16,951 nucleotides of DNA from a virus: the UHGV virus genome UHGV-0280597; one strand, 5' to 3'. Both the position numbers and the translations under genes were made by a program. Shown here piece after piece: positions 1-7,170 of the stretch. A model generated the notes under the pieces. It was not told where the DNA came from and made no database searches. It saw nothing but the letters and a program-made list of their open reading frames with translations. How positions within the stretch are numbered: position 1 is the first letter of the stretch; each line of letters starts with the position of its first letter.

Positions 1-529
1 ACGTAAACTTTTTCCGGTTGTTGTCGATAGCTCTATATCCCTCAACCGGAAAATAATAATAGTAAAATGCTTAGCCCTGCTAATAATCGCCTAATCCAAA
101 CGCCTCATTCATGTTCTGGTACAGTCGCTCAAATGTACTTCAGATGCGCGGTTCGCTGATTTCCAGGACATTGTCGTCATTCAGTGACCTGTCCCGTGTA
201 TCACGGTCCTGCGAATTCATCAAGGAATGCATTGCGGAGTGAAGTATCGAGTCACGCCATATTTCGCTATCAGGATTCTGTGTGATGGTTACATCGCCCG
301 GCCCAGGGCTGTTTAGTCATCAGCGCTTTCTGACAGTGCTGAGATTTCAACCTGTTGCAGTAAAAATGAGTAGATATAAGGCAAGTGTGCTGCCAAACCC
401 ATCTTTTACGGGGTGAAGGTAGATTTCGTTTGAAGGGTATCTGGTGTCCCCTGCAGACATCTACTTGAGGCGGCAGGGGATTGATTGGAATGGTGTTTTT
501 TAGATGTGAAAAATATTTTACCCGCTATT

Positions 530-730
530 TTACCCATTGGCGCGGCTTAAGAGCTTATTTTTGAATTCACAATGGTCACGATATAACCATCTTGCTCGTC
601 CGTGGATAACTTTGGCTTTAGGCAGGTCGCCGGACTTAATCCGGTCATAGATGAAGGTCTTACCGAAGCCAGTATCAGCCATGATGAATTTCAAATCAAC
701 CAGTGAATCAGGTTGTAGTTCGTGTTGCAT
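530..730 (-). CDS. AlpA/Xis-like small DNA-binding protein (putative excisionase or regulator), 66 aa
   Basis: ORF-track ORF; small basic protein with a central segment (TGFGKTFIYDRIKSGDLPKAKVIHGRARW) resembling AlpA/Xis-family helix-turn-helix proteins from recall; located at the left end of the early-left operon. Confidence 0.5.
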   Translation of the reverse strand: MQHELQPDSLVDLKFIMADTGFGKTFIYDRIKSGDLPKAKVIHGRARWLYRDHCEFKNKLLSRANG

Positions 731-852
731 GAGTGCTATCTCCGAATATGGAATCGAACCTGCAAATCAGGCAATAAAAAGCCGCATTGATGCAGCAATG
801 GTAGGTCTGGATATCTTGAGAAATGAACAGGCCTCATCGAGTGTGAGGCGGG

Positions 853-1197
853 TTAGTCCTTGCGTAGCTCGCTGATTCTTCTGTAAGTCTCTGGTTCTTT
901 GTTCCCGTACGTCTTCATTTCAGACTTCAACAGAGCAACGAGTGAATCCCATTCGTTGAGGATTCCTTTGAATGCCGGAACGCGCTTTGCAACCTTGTCG
1001 AATGAATCTCTGATTTCTGGAATCTGCTCAACAAGTGCAACGCATCGCCGAAAGTCTGCTGCGTCATGGGGAGCGCCGAAGTGATGACCATAGATATTCT
1101 TTTTCAGGCCACATGCGATTGAGGCAAGAGTTGCGCTACTGATGCCGACATCGCCAGTTGATTGCCATTTCAAAACCTTCATAGCCAAATCTGACAT
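853..1197 (-). CDS. hypothetical protein, 114 aa
   Basis: ORF-track ORF with ATG at 1197 and a GGAG 7 nt upstream; sits immediately downstream of tandem minus-strand terminators; no family recognised. Confidence 0.45.
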   Translation of the reverse strand: MSDLAMKVLKWQSTGDVGISSATLASIACGLKKNIYGHHFGAPHDAADFRRCVALVEQIPEIRDSFDKVAKRVPAFKGILNEWDSLVALLKSEMKTYGNKEPETYRRISELRKD

Positions 1198-1207
1198 TTC
1201 TTGTCTC

Positions 1208-1235
1208 CATAAAACAAAACTCGCCGTAGCGAGTT
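1208..1235 (-). terminator. intrinsic terminator (leftward), first of a tandem pair
   Basis: Perfect stem ACTCGC/GCGAGT (1219-1224/1229-1234) with loop CGTA; on the minus strand the hairpin is followed by UUUUGUUUUAU. Confidence 0.5.
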
Positions 1236-1238
1236 CAG

Positions 1239-1266
1239 ATAAAAGAAAACCCGCACTCGGCGGGTT
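1239..1266 (-). terminator. intrinsic terminator (leftward), second of a tandem pair
   Basis: Perfect 7-bp stem AACCCGC/GCGGGTT (1248-1254/1260-1266) with loop ACTCG; on the minus strand followed by UUCUUUUAU. Confidence 0.55.
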
Positions 1267-1545
1267 CGCATTCGTTCAAATTGCGTTTACTTCTTGGCGT
1301 TCTGTTCATCCATATCGATATACCATGGGTTGCTTCCCTTGGGCATGTTTAACGACTGCTCGCGATAGTATCTGATGCGCTCCATGAAATACTCGCGTGA
1401 GTGCTCAGGTTGCTCTCATGATACCTGCTCAGTGATAACAGGTATGTTAAGGCGCTCTCTGTACTCCATGCCTGATGCTGCAAGGTCAACGTTTACCTTG
1501 TTCTGTTTTTCTTTCGATTTCTCGGCGATGTTATGCCTGACATTG

Positions 1546-1788
1546 TCAACCCGCCTCCTTCTGAACATAACGGTTATAAATCAGTCCCTGAGGGCCATAA
1601 GGAAGCGGGATGTGCAACTCCTCTGGTTCAGAAACTATCCATTCTCCGGCCATCTCCGCTGGAGAGGTAATGATAAGTTGTTTGCTAATAAAAGGACCAC
1701 TCCTCTCAACAACAAGCTTACCATCTTCATTAATAAAAGCTTGGATGTCAGGTGTGCTTCCACACTTGGTGATGCAGCGTTTGAACAT
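1546..1788 (-). CDS. hypothetical protein, 80 aa from the ATG at 1788
   Basis: ORF-track ORF 1546..1830 trimmed to the in-frame ATG at 1788, which is preceded by GGGGGGA (Shine-Dalgarno-like) and lies downstream of an extended -10 element; the ATG at 1830 would lie upstream of that -10. Confidence 0.45.
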   Translation of the reverse strand: MFKRCITKCGSTPDIQAFINEDGKLVVERSGPFISKQLIITSPAEMAGEWIVSEPEELHIPLPYGPQGLIYNRYVQKEAG

Positions 1789-1811
1789 TTTGTGTCCCCC
1801 CATTTTATGTA

Positions 1812-1850
1812 CGGGGTAATTATAACACATTGAAATATAGTAATATTTGA
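1812..1850 (-). promoter_or_regulatory. candidate leftward promoter with extended -10 (TGtTATAAT)
   Basis: Minus-strand TGTTATAAT (reverse complement of plus 1819-1827) in an AT-rich intergenic segment directly upstream of the 80-aa ORF; the -35 is weak. Confidence 0.3.
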
Positions 1851-1914
1851 CGTAGATTTCTTTTGATCTATAAGCGATTTTTTAATGCTTTTAAGTTATA
1901 AATACTTGTTTTCA

Positions 1915-2586
1915 TCACCCATCTTGCTGCGGTGCTACTATTGAAAAGTGCTCACACCCTTTAGCCCAAATAGTTTTGATAGTTGTCCAACTGACTGGAA
2001 CCTTGATTTCGATTCTCCCGCTACAGTCACAAGTTTCGCAATCATCATCACCAAAGCATTCCGGGCAGCTTATAAACGTAGTTTCTGAAAATTCACCGGA
2101 TAGCACACCCTTAGCGCCGTTCTCGGCTGTTAGTCTCTTCGGCACCATGACCCAACCATCCGGAATTACCGGAGAGTTGCCGGGTTCTTTAATGTGCAAG
2201 CGAGGCTCACCATCTTTTGGCTCAGGCCACTGGCGCTCCATGTTGATCTTCAATTTATCTTCCATAGCAGCGGTAATTTCAGCATCGCTGATGCCAGCAC
2301 GGCGCTGTGAATCCCACAACAGAAACTGCATATCAGCCCACTCGCTAAGATCGTCTGGTTCGGCTGCGGCTTCCAGTGCCTCTTTTGAGAGGTGTTTCAG
2401 TGGACCAATGGGGCCAACGCAGCCAAATGTGGAGTCAGACCATTTGGCATGCTCGTGGCGAATCTGTTCGCGTTCCAGTGATGCCAGTGCAATTCGTGCC
2501 AGTTCCATTTGTTCGCCACGAGTAAGCCCGTTTTCAAGCGGATTTTTAATGAATAATTCGATACGTTCTTTGGTAATAGTGGTCAT
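1915..2586 (-). CDS. hypothetical protein with C-terminal Cys cluster (possible zinc ribbon), 223 aa
   Basis: ORF-track ORF; AAGGTG 8 nt upstream of the ATG at 2586; C-terminal motif CPECFGDDDCETCDC; tentatively similar to phage DUF551-type proteins from recall only. Confidence 0.55.
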   Translation of the reverse strand: MTTITKERIELFIKNPLENGLTRGEQMELARIALASLEREQIRHEHAKWSDSTFGCVGPIGPLKHLSKEALEAAAEPDDLSEWADMQFLLWDSQRRAGISDAEITAAMEDKLKINMERQWPEPKDGEPRLHIKEPGNSPVIPDGWVMVPKRLTAENGAKGVLSGEFSETTFISCPECFGDDDCETCDCSGRIEIKVPVSWTTIKTIWAKGCEHFSIVAPQQDG

Positions 2587-2588
2587 AG

Positions 2589-2780
2589 CTATTTCACCTT
2601 AATCTCAACATTTCGCAGCTTTAGCTCTACTGGCAGGTCTGACTTTCCTGTTAATGCTAATGCGAGATTTTCTGGAGTAATGAGAGCAGTTATTGTTTTC
2701 CCCCTCGCCAGACGAATAATCATTCGTATCTCGCAATCGTCACATGCTCCCGGTCGAACAATTGATATTTGTCCATTCAT
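2589..2780 (-). CDS. hypothetical small protein, 63 aa
   Basis: In-frame ATG at 2780 inside ORF-track ORF 2589..2942, preceded by GGAGAG and placed 1 nt after the upstream gene's TGA; the longer 117-aa form would overlap the Ea22-like gene by about 160 nt. Confidence 0.4.
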   Translation of the reverse strand: MNGQISIVRPGACDDCEIRMIIRLARGKTITALITPENLALALTGKSDLPVELKLRNVEIKVK

Positions 2781-2781
2781 C

Positions 2782-3411
2782 TCACTCTCCTTTGATGCGA
2801 ATGCCAGCGGCGCGCTCGGCTTCACTTTGTTCCCAAAACCACTTGTGAAGCGCCATAAGCTTTTCGTCAATCGGTGCATATTTGCGATTAAAGTAGGCCT
2901 GAGCATCTTTCTCAGATTCGTCCGGTAATTCGCCAGGGCCAAACAGTGTGTTATAAATCCATGCCAGTCCGCTTTTAGCGTCGCCAGTCGATTGCCATTC
3001 GATAATGGCAGCTTGCATGACCAGAATGTTTTTCCCGATTAATAGGTCCAGTTCTTTGTACCGGTTGCGGATGTATGCATTCTCGCTTTGTAATTTTGCG
3101 TTGCGATTCTCTGCTGCTTCCAGCTCAACACGCAGCTTCCCTACCGTTAGCGCAATTTCCTCGTTCTCCTGGTCGCGGGATTTGATGTATTGCTGGTTCC
3201 TTTCCCGTTCATCCAGTAGTGCCAAAGCAATCTTTGGATTAAAGGCAGCAATAAATTCAGCGTTGTTTTTCAGAACGTGTTGCGCAATGGCCTGACTACT
3301 TAGTCGGACCTCATAACCTCGTGCGCCACGGTGTGGTTTATATGAGTCCCAGTCTCCCCACGTTGCTTTCTCTGCCACATCACGCAGTGCCTGATAGTTA
3401 ATTTCGCTCAC
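2782..3411 (-). CDS. Ead/Ea22-like protein, about 209 aa
   Basis: ORF-track ORF 2782..3432; likely start is the GTG at 3411 preceded by AAGGAGG with a 6-nt spacer; coiled-coil segment ([33 protein letters not shown]) recalls lambda Ea22-family proteins. Confidence 0.55.
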   Translation of the reverse strand: MSEINYQALRDVAEKATWGDWDSYKPHRGARGYEVRLSSQAIAQHVLKNNAEFIAAFNPKIALALLDERERNQQYIKSRDQENEEIALTVGKLRVELEAAENRNAKLQSENAYIRNRYKELDLLIGKNILVMQAAIIEWQSTGDAKSGLAWIYNTLFGPGELPDESEKDAQAYFNRKYAPIDEKLMALHKWFWEQSEAERAAGIRIKGE

Positions 3412-3575
3412 TGGTTGCCTCCTTTGCGCCACATCGCATTCAGATATCTGTTGTCATTAACAGAACCGAAACTATTTCTTTTAAGCAATTCCTCTCTCGA
3501 TGGCATTGGTTTTACGCGTTGGCGAATAATCATTTCTGCCGGAAGAATGCCGGGATTGTATGCAAGTCCTCTCAT
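3408..3575 (-). CDS. hypothetical small protein, 55 aa (below the ORF-track cutoff)
   Basis: Manual translation [55 protein letters not shown]; ATG at 3575 preceded by AGAGGAA; its stop overlaps the downstream GTG start (GTGA coupling). Confidence 0.3.
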   Translation of the reverse strand: MRGLAYNPGILPAEMIIRQRVKPMPSREELLKRNSFGSVNDNRYLNAMWRKGGNQ

Positions 3576-3591
3576 GGTAAATTCCTCTTTG

Positions 3592-3906
3592 TTAATTTAT
3601 TCGTATGCCTGCTCTTTCTTCATCGAGTTTTTTTAGCTTGTATCGCATAGCTCTTACTGAATAAATTGAGCGGCAGGTTGCAATTGCTATTTCTTCTGCG
3701 GAGAACTTACCGAAAAGTGATACTTCGGCTCTTGTCCAGCGTCTTCCACGAAGTCGGCTAACAATGTCAGCGCCAATCCTTGTTGCTTTCGCCATAACTG
3801 CTTTTTCAGTCCTTTCCAGTTTTTCAGCGATAACTTCAACTGGCATTGTCGCCGCTACTTCGCGCAAGAAATCGACTTCCCATTTCTCCCATGGAGTCTT
3901 TTTCAT
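3592..3906 (-). CDS. hypothetical protein with two internal W-x-x-x-E-V-x-F repeats, 104 aa
   Basis: ORF-track ORF; repeat segments [10 protein letters not shown] and [11 protein letters not shown] suggest a duplicated helical (possibly DNA-binding) unit; no family assigned. Confidence 0.5.
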   Translation of the reverse strand: MKKTPWEKWEVDFLREVAATMPVEVIAEKLERTEKAVMAKATRIGADIVSRLRGRRWTRAEVSLFGKFSAEEIAIATCRSIYSVRAMRYKLKKLDEERAGIRIN

Positions 3907-3917
3907 AGGCGATACCG

Positions 3918-4400
3918 TTATTTGATAAGAAGTGAAGGTTTCCCAACTTTGAGTTGAGCACCGGGGATATTTAATCCTGCTTTTAGTTGGTGCTTGATTG
4001 CCAACTTGTCGGCTTTAATTGTCGTTTCAAACTCAACGTATTCAGGAGGAAGGGCGCTTGAGTCGATGATTTCTACAGTTTCTGACGGTTTGCGGATTGT
4101 TACCTGGTGAATACCTGCTCTAATCTTTTTCTTGCCAACCATTTCAAGCGATGAGGCTATATATGCCATAATGCTATCAATCTTATTTTGAATTACTGCT
4201 GCTCGTTCATTCAGTGACTTTGCCTCGTCCTTGAGGCGTTCAGCATAACCAGATTCATTTTTAATAATGGCGAGAAGTTGCTCTATTTTATCGGTAAATT
4301 CTCCTTCCATGCCTTCTATTGTGTCAGCAATCATCTCTGGTTCTAAATCTGAATCCATCAATTTTGCGTATTCATTGGCTATTTCATATAGTTTGCTCAC
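3918..4400 (-). CDS. Siphovirus Gp157-like protein, about 160 aa
   Basis: ORF-track ORF 3918..4406; likely GTG start at 4400 preceded by GGAGGT; N-terminus (V/M)SKLYEIANEY and coiled-coil character resemble the Gp157 family, which often accompanies phage recombinases (recall only). Confidence 0.5.
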   Translation of the reverse strand: MSKLYEIANEYAKLMDSDLEPEMIADTIEGMEGEFTDKIEQLLAIIKNESGYAERLKDEAKSLNERAAVIQNKIDSIMAYIASSLEMVGKKKIRAGIHQVTIRKPSETVEIIDSSALPPEYVEFETTIKADKLAIKHQLKAGLNIPGAQLKVGKPSLLIK

Positions 4401-5286
4401 TGGCAACCTCCAGTTTCGCTTTGCATTCTATGTAAATGGCTTGTACGTTCTGCTGCAATTTCATTCCAGATGTCAGGCGATATGCTTCTGCAAAATATCG
4501 TTTCAAATCATCCATGTTTTCTGCCTGAGCCATTTCATCACAAAGAAGTTGTGCTTTTTCCATTATTTCCTGCTGGCGTTTCCGTTCATCTTCGCGGATA
4601 TCTTCCTCTGATTTGTGCGGCATAACTGGTTCCTGATGCATACCTTCATCTTCGTTAAGCAGGTGAATGGCATTATCCAGTCGCTGGGCTTTAGGCCAGT
4701 ATTTGCTGGCGCGTTTAACTATTGTTTTACGCGCCATCTCTTCCCAGAATGTCTTCCACGGTCCATTCTTTGCCTTGCTCGTTGCTTCCACAGCTTTAAT
4801 TTCTGCCAGACTCATTTCTTCAGTCAGGTAGTCACCATCTGCTGTTTTAACCGTGCAATAACCACCAACAATAGAGCCTCGCTCACCAAATGCGTTGTAT
4901 TTGTGGGTTGGCGCTGAATCAAGGCCGTTTGATTCATAGGTGTCGTTTGAGTACACCAGTTTACATTGCCCCCACTTAATTGATCCTGTCGACTGTGCAA
5001 GGTGAAGTAATCCCATATAGCTGATATCAAGGCAAACCATGCCGTCGCGCGGAACTAGATAAGCAAGTTTGCTGGCCGGGTTTAAGGTGATGCCGATCGC
5101 CGCAACATTGATGATGGCGTTCTGTGCGCTGGTTGGATTTGCCAGTGCCGTTTTAGCCAGGTAATCATTTTTCTGGAAATACTGAATTGCAAACTGGCTT
5201 TCCTTAGCCCATGTCACCGTCTGTTCAGTCAATGCTCCGCAGAATAACTGCTCCTGCTGTTTAACGAATTCAACGATATTGCTCAT
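4384..5286 (-). CDS. recT: RecT-family single-strand annealing recombinase, 300 aa
   Basis: ORF-track ORF; size and sequence resemble RecT/Red-beta-type annealases (recall); occupies the lambda bet position; ATGA overlap with the upstream gene. Confidence 0.8.
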   Translation of the reverse strand: MSNIVEFVKQQEQLFCGALTEQTVTWAKESQFAIQYFQKNDYLAKTALANPTSAQNAIINVAAIGITLNPASKLAYLVPRDGMVCLDISYMGLLHLAQSTGSIKWGQCKLVYSNDTYESNGLDSAPTHKYNAFGERGSIVGGYCTVKTADGDYLTEEMSLAEIKAVEATSKAKNGPWKTFWEEMARKTIVKRASKYWPKAQRLDNAIHLLNEDEGMHQEPVMPHKSEEDIREDERKRQQEIMEKAQLLCDEMAQAENMDDLKRYFAEAYRLTSGMKLQQNVQAIYIECKAKLEVASEQTI

Positions 5287-5594
5287 GCTGCTTCTCCATA
5301 AATGTGTCTGCGTTTGAATATTGCGAAGGCATATTCAGCCTTAACTCTTTCGGTTATTGCATCCCAGAACCATTCAGCGGCTTTTTCCTGATAGTCACAG
5401 TCATCATCTTCCAGCCAGTCGATAGCGTCCTTAGTGTGTTCATCTGGCTTATATGAGCGAAGCATTTCGCTTATTGGGTCGCAGCGTTTGCAGAGGCGAT
5501 CAACTTCACTGTTGATTCGTTCGTAATCTTCATCAGTAAAACTTGCGATGATTTGCGATATTTCACGCTTATCATTCAGAGTCAGAATCATCAT
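5283..5594 (-). CDS. hypothetical acidic protein in the Gam/Abc slot, 103 aa
   Basis: ORF-track ORF; translationally coupled to recT (ATGA overlap at 5283-5286); position corresponds to the RecBCD-inhibitor slot of lambdoid phages, but no sequence-based assignment. Confidence 0.5.
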   Translation of the reverse strand: MMILTLNDKREISQIIASFTDEDYERINSEVDRLCKRCDPISEMLRSYKPDEHTKDAIDWLEDDDCDYQEKAAEWFWDAITERVKAEYAFAIFKRRHIYGEAA

Positions 5595-5675
5595 CTTTCT
5601 CCTGTTCTTTGTGCTGATTGAGCATTTTGTTCATCTGACGAATGAATTCTTCGTCTGACCAGTTATCTGTAAAAC

Positions 5676-5846
5676 TCATGGGCGGCCTTGTTGTTTCAAA
5701 ATATCCCAAAGCTTTTCGAGCAAACTTTTCATTCTTGGTTGTTTAAAGTCTGCTCCGGTTAGAATGTTTTTTCTTGAATGCTGTACCGATAAAATCGGGT
5801 TGAAAGGGCGAACCGATGCCGCCCCTGCAATAGCGAACTGTTGCAT
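5676..5846 (-). CDS. cIII: CIII-like protein (putative FtsH inhibitor), 56 aa
   Basis: Not in the ORF track (under 60 aa); manual translation MQQFAIAGAASVRPFNPILSVQHSRKNILTGADFKQPRMKSLLEKLWDILKQQGRP; AAGGAG 6 nt upstream of the ATG at 5846; N-terminal MQ-x-AIAG and C-terminal amphipathic L-x-K-L-W-D-I-L-x-Q-x-G-x-P match my recollection of lambda/P22 CIII. Confidence 0.5.
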   Translation of the reverse strand: MQQFAIAGAASVRPFNPILSVQHSRKNILTGADFKQPRMKSLLEKLWDILKQQGRP

Positions 5847-5921
5847 AGGATGCTCCTTCTGTTTGATTGCATAACGAAAACGCCTCGAGTGAAGCGTTAT
5901 TGGTATGCGGTAAAGCCGCGC

Positions 5922-6290
5922 TCAGGCGGCTTTGATAGTCATATCATCTGAATCAAATATTCCAGATGTGTCGATATCGGTAATTCTTATTCCTTCGCTA
6001 CCATCCATTGGAGGCCATCCTTCCTGACCATTTCCATCATTCCAGTCGAACTCACACACAACACCATATGCATTTAAGTCGCTTGAAATTGCTATAAGCA
6101 GAGCATGTTGCGCTAGCATGATTAATACAGCATTTAATACAGAGCCGTGTTTTTTGAGTCTGTATTCAGAGTCTGACCAGAAATTATTAATCTGGTGAAG
6201 TTTTTCCTCTGTCATTACGTCATGGTCGATTTCAATTTCTATTGATGCTTTCCAGTCGTAATCAATGATGTATTTTTTGATGTTTGACAT
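5922..6290 (-). CDS. hypothetical acidic protein, 122 aa
   Basis: ORF-track ORF; start at 6290 just downstream of a strong minus-strand terminator; acidic C-terminal region (DIDTSGIFDSDDMTIKAA). Confidence 0.5.
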   Translation of the reverse strand: MSNIKKYIIDYDWKASIEIEIDHDVMTEEKLHQINNFWSDSEYRLKKHGSVLNAVLIMLAQHALLIAISSDLNAYGVVCEFDWNDGNGQEGWPPMDGSEGIRITDIDTSGIFDSDDMTIKAA

Positions 6291-6310
6291 CTGTTCATAT
6301 CCTCATAGAT

Positions 6311-6338
6311 AAAAAATTGCCCTCACATTGGAGGGCAA
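6311..6338 (-). terminator. intrinsic terminator (leftward)
   Basis: Perfect 8-bp stem TTGCCCTC/GAGGGCAA (6317-6324/6331-6338), 6-nt loop; on the minus strand followed by UUUUUU (plus 6311-6316 AAAAAA). Confidence 0.6.
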
Positions 6339-6485
6339 AGAAGATTTCCAATAATCAGAACAAGTCGGCTCCTGTTTAGTTACGAGCGACATTGCTCCGT
6401 GTATTCACTCGTTGGAATGAATACACAGTGCAGTGTTTATTCTGTTGTTTGTGCCAAAAATAAAGGCCGACTATGCGTCCTGAAA

Positions 6486-6851
6486 TTACTTAACCAATGA
6501 TGCTGCATATTCGATAAGGTAAAGCTTTGGAGCCAACCAAATTTTTAGCCAGTCGAAATAATTGAAGAAAACAACAATAGAAGTAATCGCTATTCCTGAT
6601 GTGAAAAGTATCGATAAAATAACAATATCCGCATCATCTCCTTTATTGCATGCCAAAATCATCAGATAAACACACGCTATAATCACCAATACACAGAGAG
6701 CCTGAATTCCAGCTGATGATACGGCGTGCCACATCAAAAGCTGATGGATGACATCAGGAATCTGTGCCTGGCTAAATGAAACAGCCGCGTCTATTCCATT
6801 GCTGGCTTTTTGCAGTAGTTCTACGAGAATCTTGTTTGCTTGTTCTTCCAT
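6486..6851 (-). CDS. hypothetical integral membrane protein (about 3 predicted TM helices), 121 aa
   Basis: ORF-track ORF; ATG at 6851 preceded by AAGGTG; hydrophobic segments ALCVLVIIACVYLMILA, IVILSILFTSGIAITSIVVFF; flanked by terminator-like hairpins on both sides; located in the sieB/ral neighbourhood next to N. Confidence 0.6.
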   Translation of the reverse strand: MEEQANKILVELLQKASNGIDAAVSFSQAQIPDVIHQLLMWHAVSSAGIQALCVLVIIACVYLMILACNKGDDADIVILSILFTSGIAITSIVVFFNYFDWLKIWLAPKLYLIEYAASLVK

Positions 6852-6890
6852 ATATCACCTTGATTGTAATAAGCATGAAATTATTTACGG

Positions 6891-6922
6891 CTAAAAAATA
6901 AAGGCCACCATCAGGCAGCCTT
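6891..6922 (-). terminator. terminator-like hairpin plus U-run (leftward), candidate tL1
   Basis: Stem AAGGC/GCCTT (6901-6905/6918-6922) with inner CC/GG pairs; on the minus strand followed by UAUUUUUU; overlaps the stop codon of the 83-aa ORF. Confidence 0.35.
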
Positions 6923-7162
6923 GTTGTAAATGTTGCAGGTATCAAGTAAGTAATTAGATGGAGCGCCATAAATTATGAATTCATCGTTTGTCGGGTCCAT
7001 CTCCATCTCTTGGCCTATTGCCATTCTTGCGTCAGTGTCATCAGCGGCGAAGCATAAAACAGCCCACGCACCCATTGTTTTAAAAAGAACTGCAATTGGC
7101 TGTGGTTTTACTGAATTTGCGTTAGCGCGAAAATCACAAATCGCACTTTCATGAAACTCCAT
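6911..7162 (-). CDS. hypothetical acidic protein, 83 aa (first gene downstream of N)
   Basis: ORF-track ORF; position equivalent to ral/early accessory genes of lambdoid phages; no family recognised. Confidence 0.5.
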   Translation of the reverse strand: MEFHESAICDFRANANSVKPQPIAVLFKTMGAWAVLCFAADDTDARMAIGQEMEMDPTNDEFIIYGAPSNYLLDTCNIYNKAA

Positions 7163-7170
7163 ATCTCACC

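Noticed and set aside
1-529. Integrase gene expected left of the xis-like gene
   Set aside because: Stop codons occur in all three minus-strand frames within 1..320, so no intact int ORF can be supported here.
1375-1833. 152-aa plus-strand ORF (and the overlapping 1142..1375 and 1610..1819 frames)
   Set aside because: Antisense to the minus-strand early operon, spans terminator hairpins and the promoter region, and has no ribosome-binding site.
2781-2942. N-terminal extension of ORF 2589..2942 (117-aa form)
   Set aside because: The extension overlaps the 3' end of the Ea22-like gene by about 160 nt in another frame; an internal ATG at 2780 with a GGAGAG site gives a non-overlapping 63-aa product.
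6457-6485. Second copy of the AAAATAAAGGCC motif downstream of the membrane ORF as a possible terminator
   Set aside because: It shares the U-run motif with the 6891-6922 element, but only a 3-bp stem can be drawn, so I did not call it a terminator.
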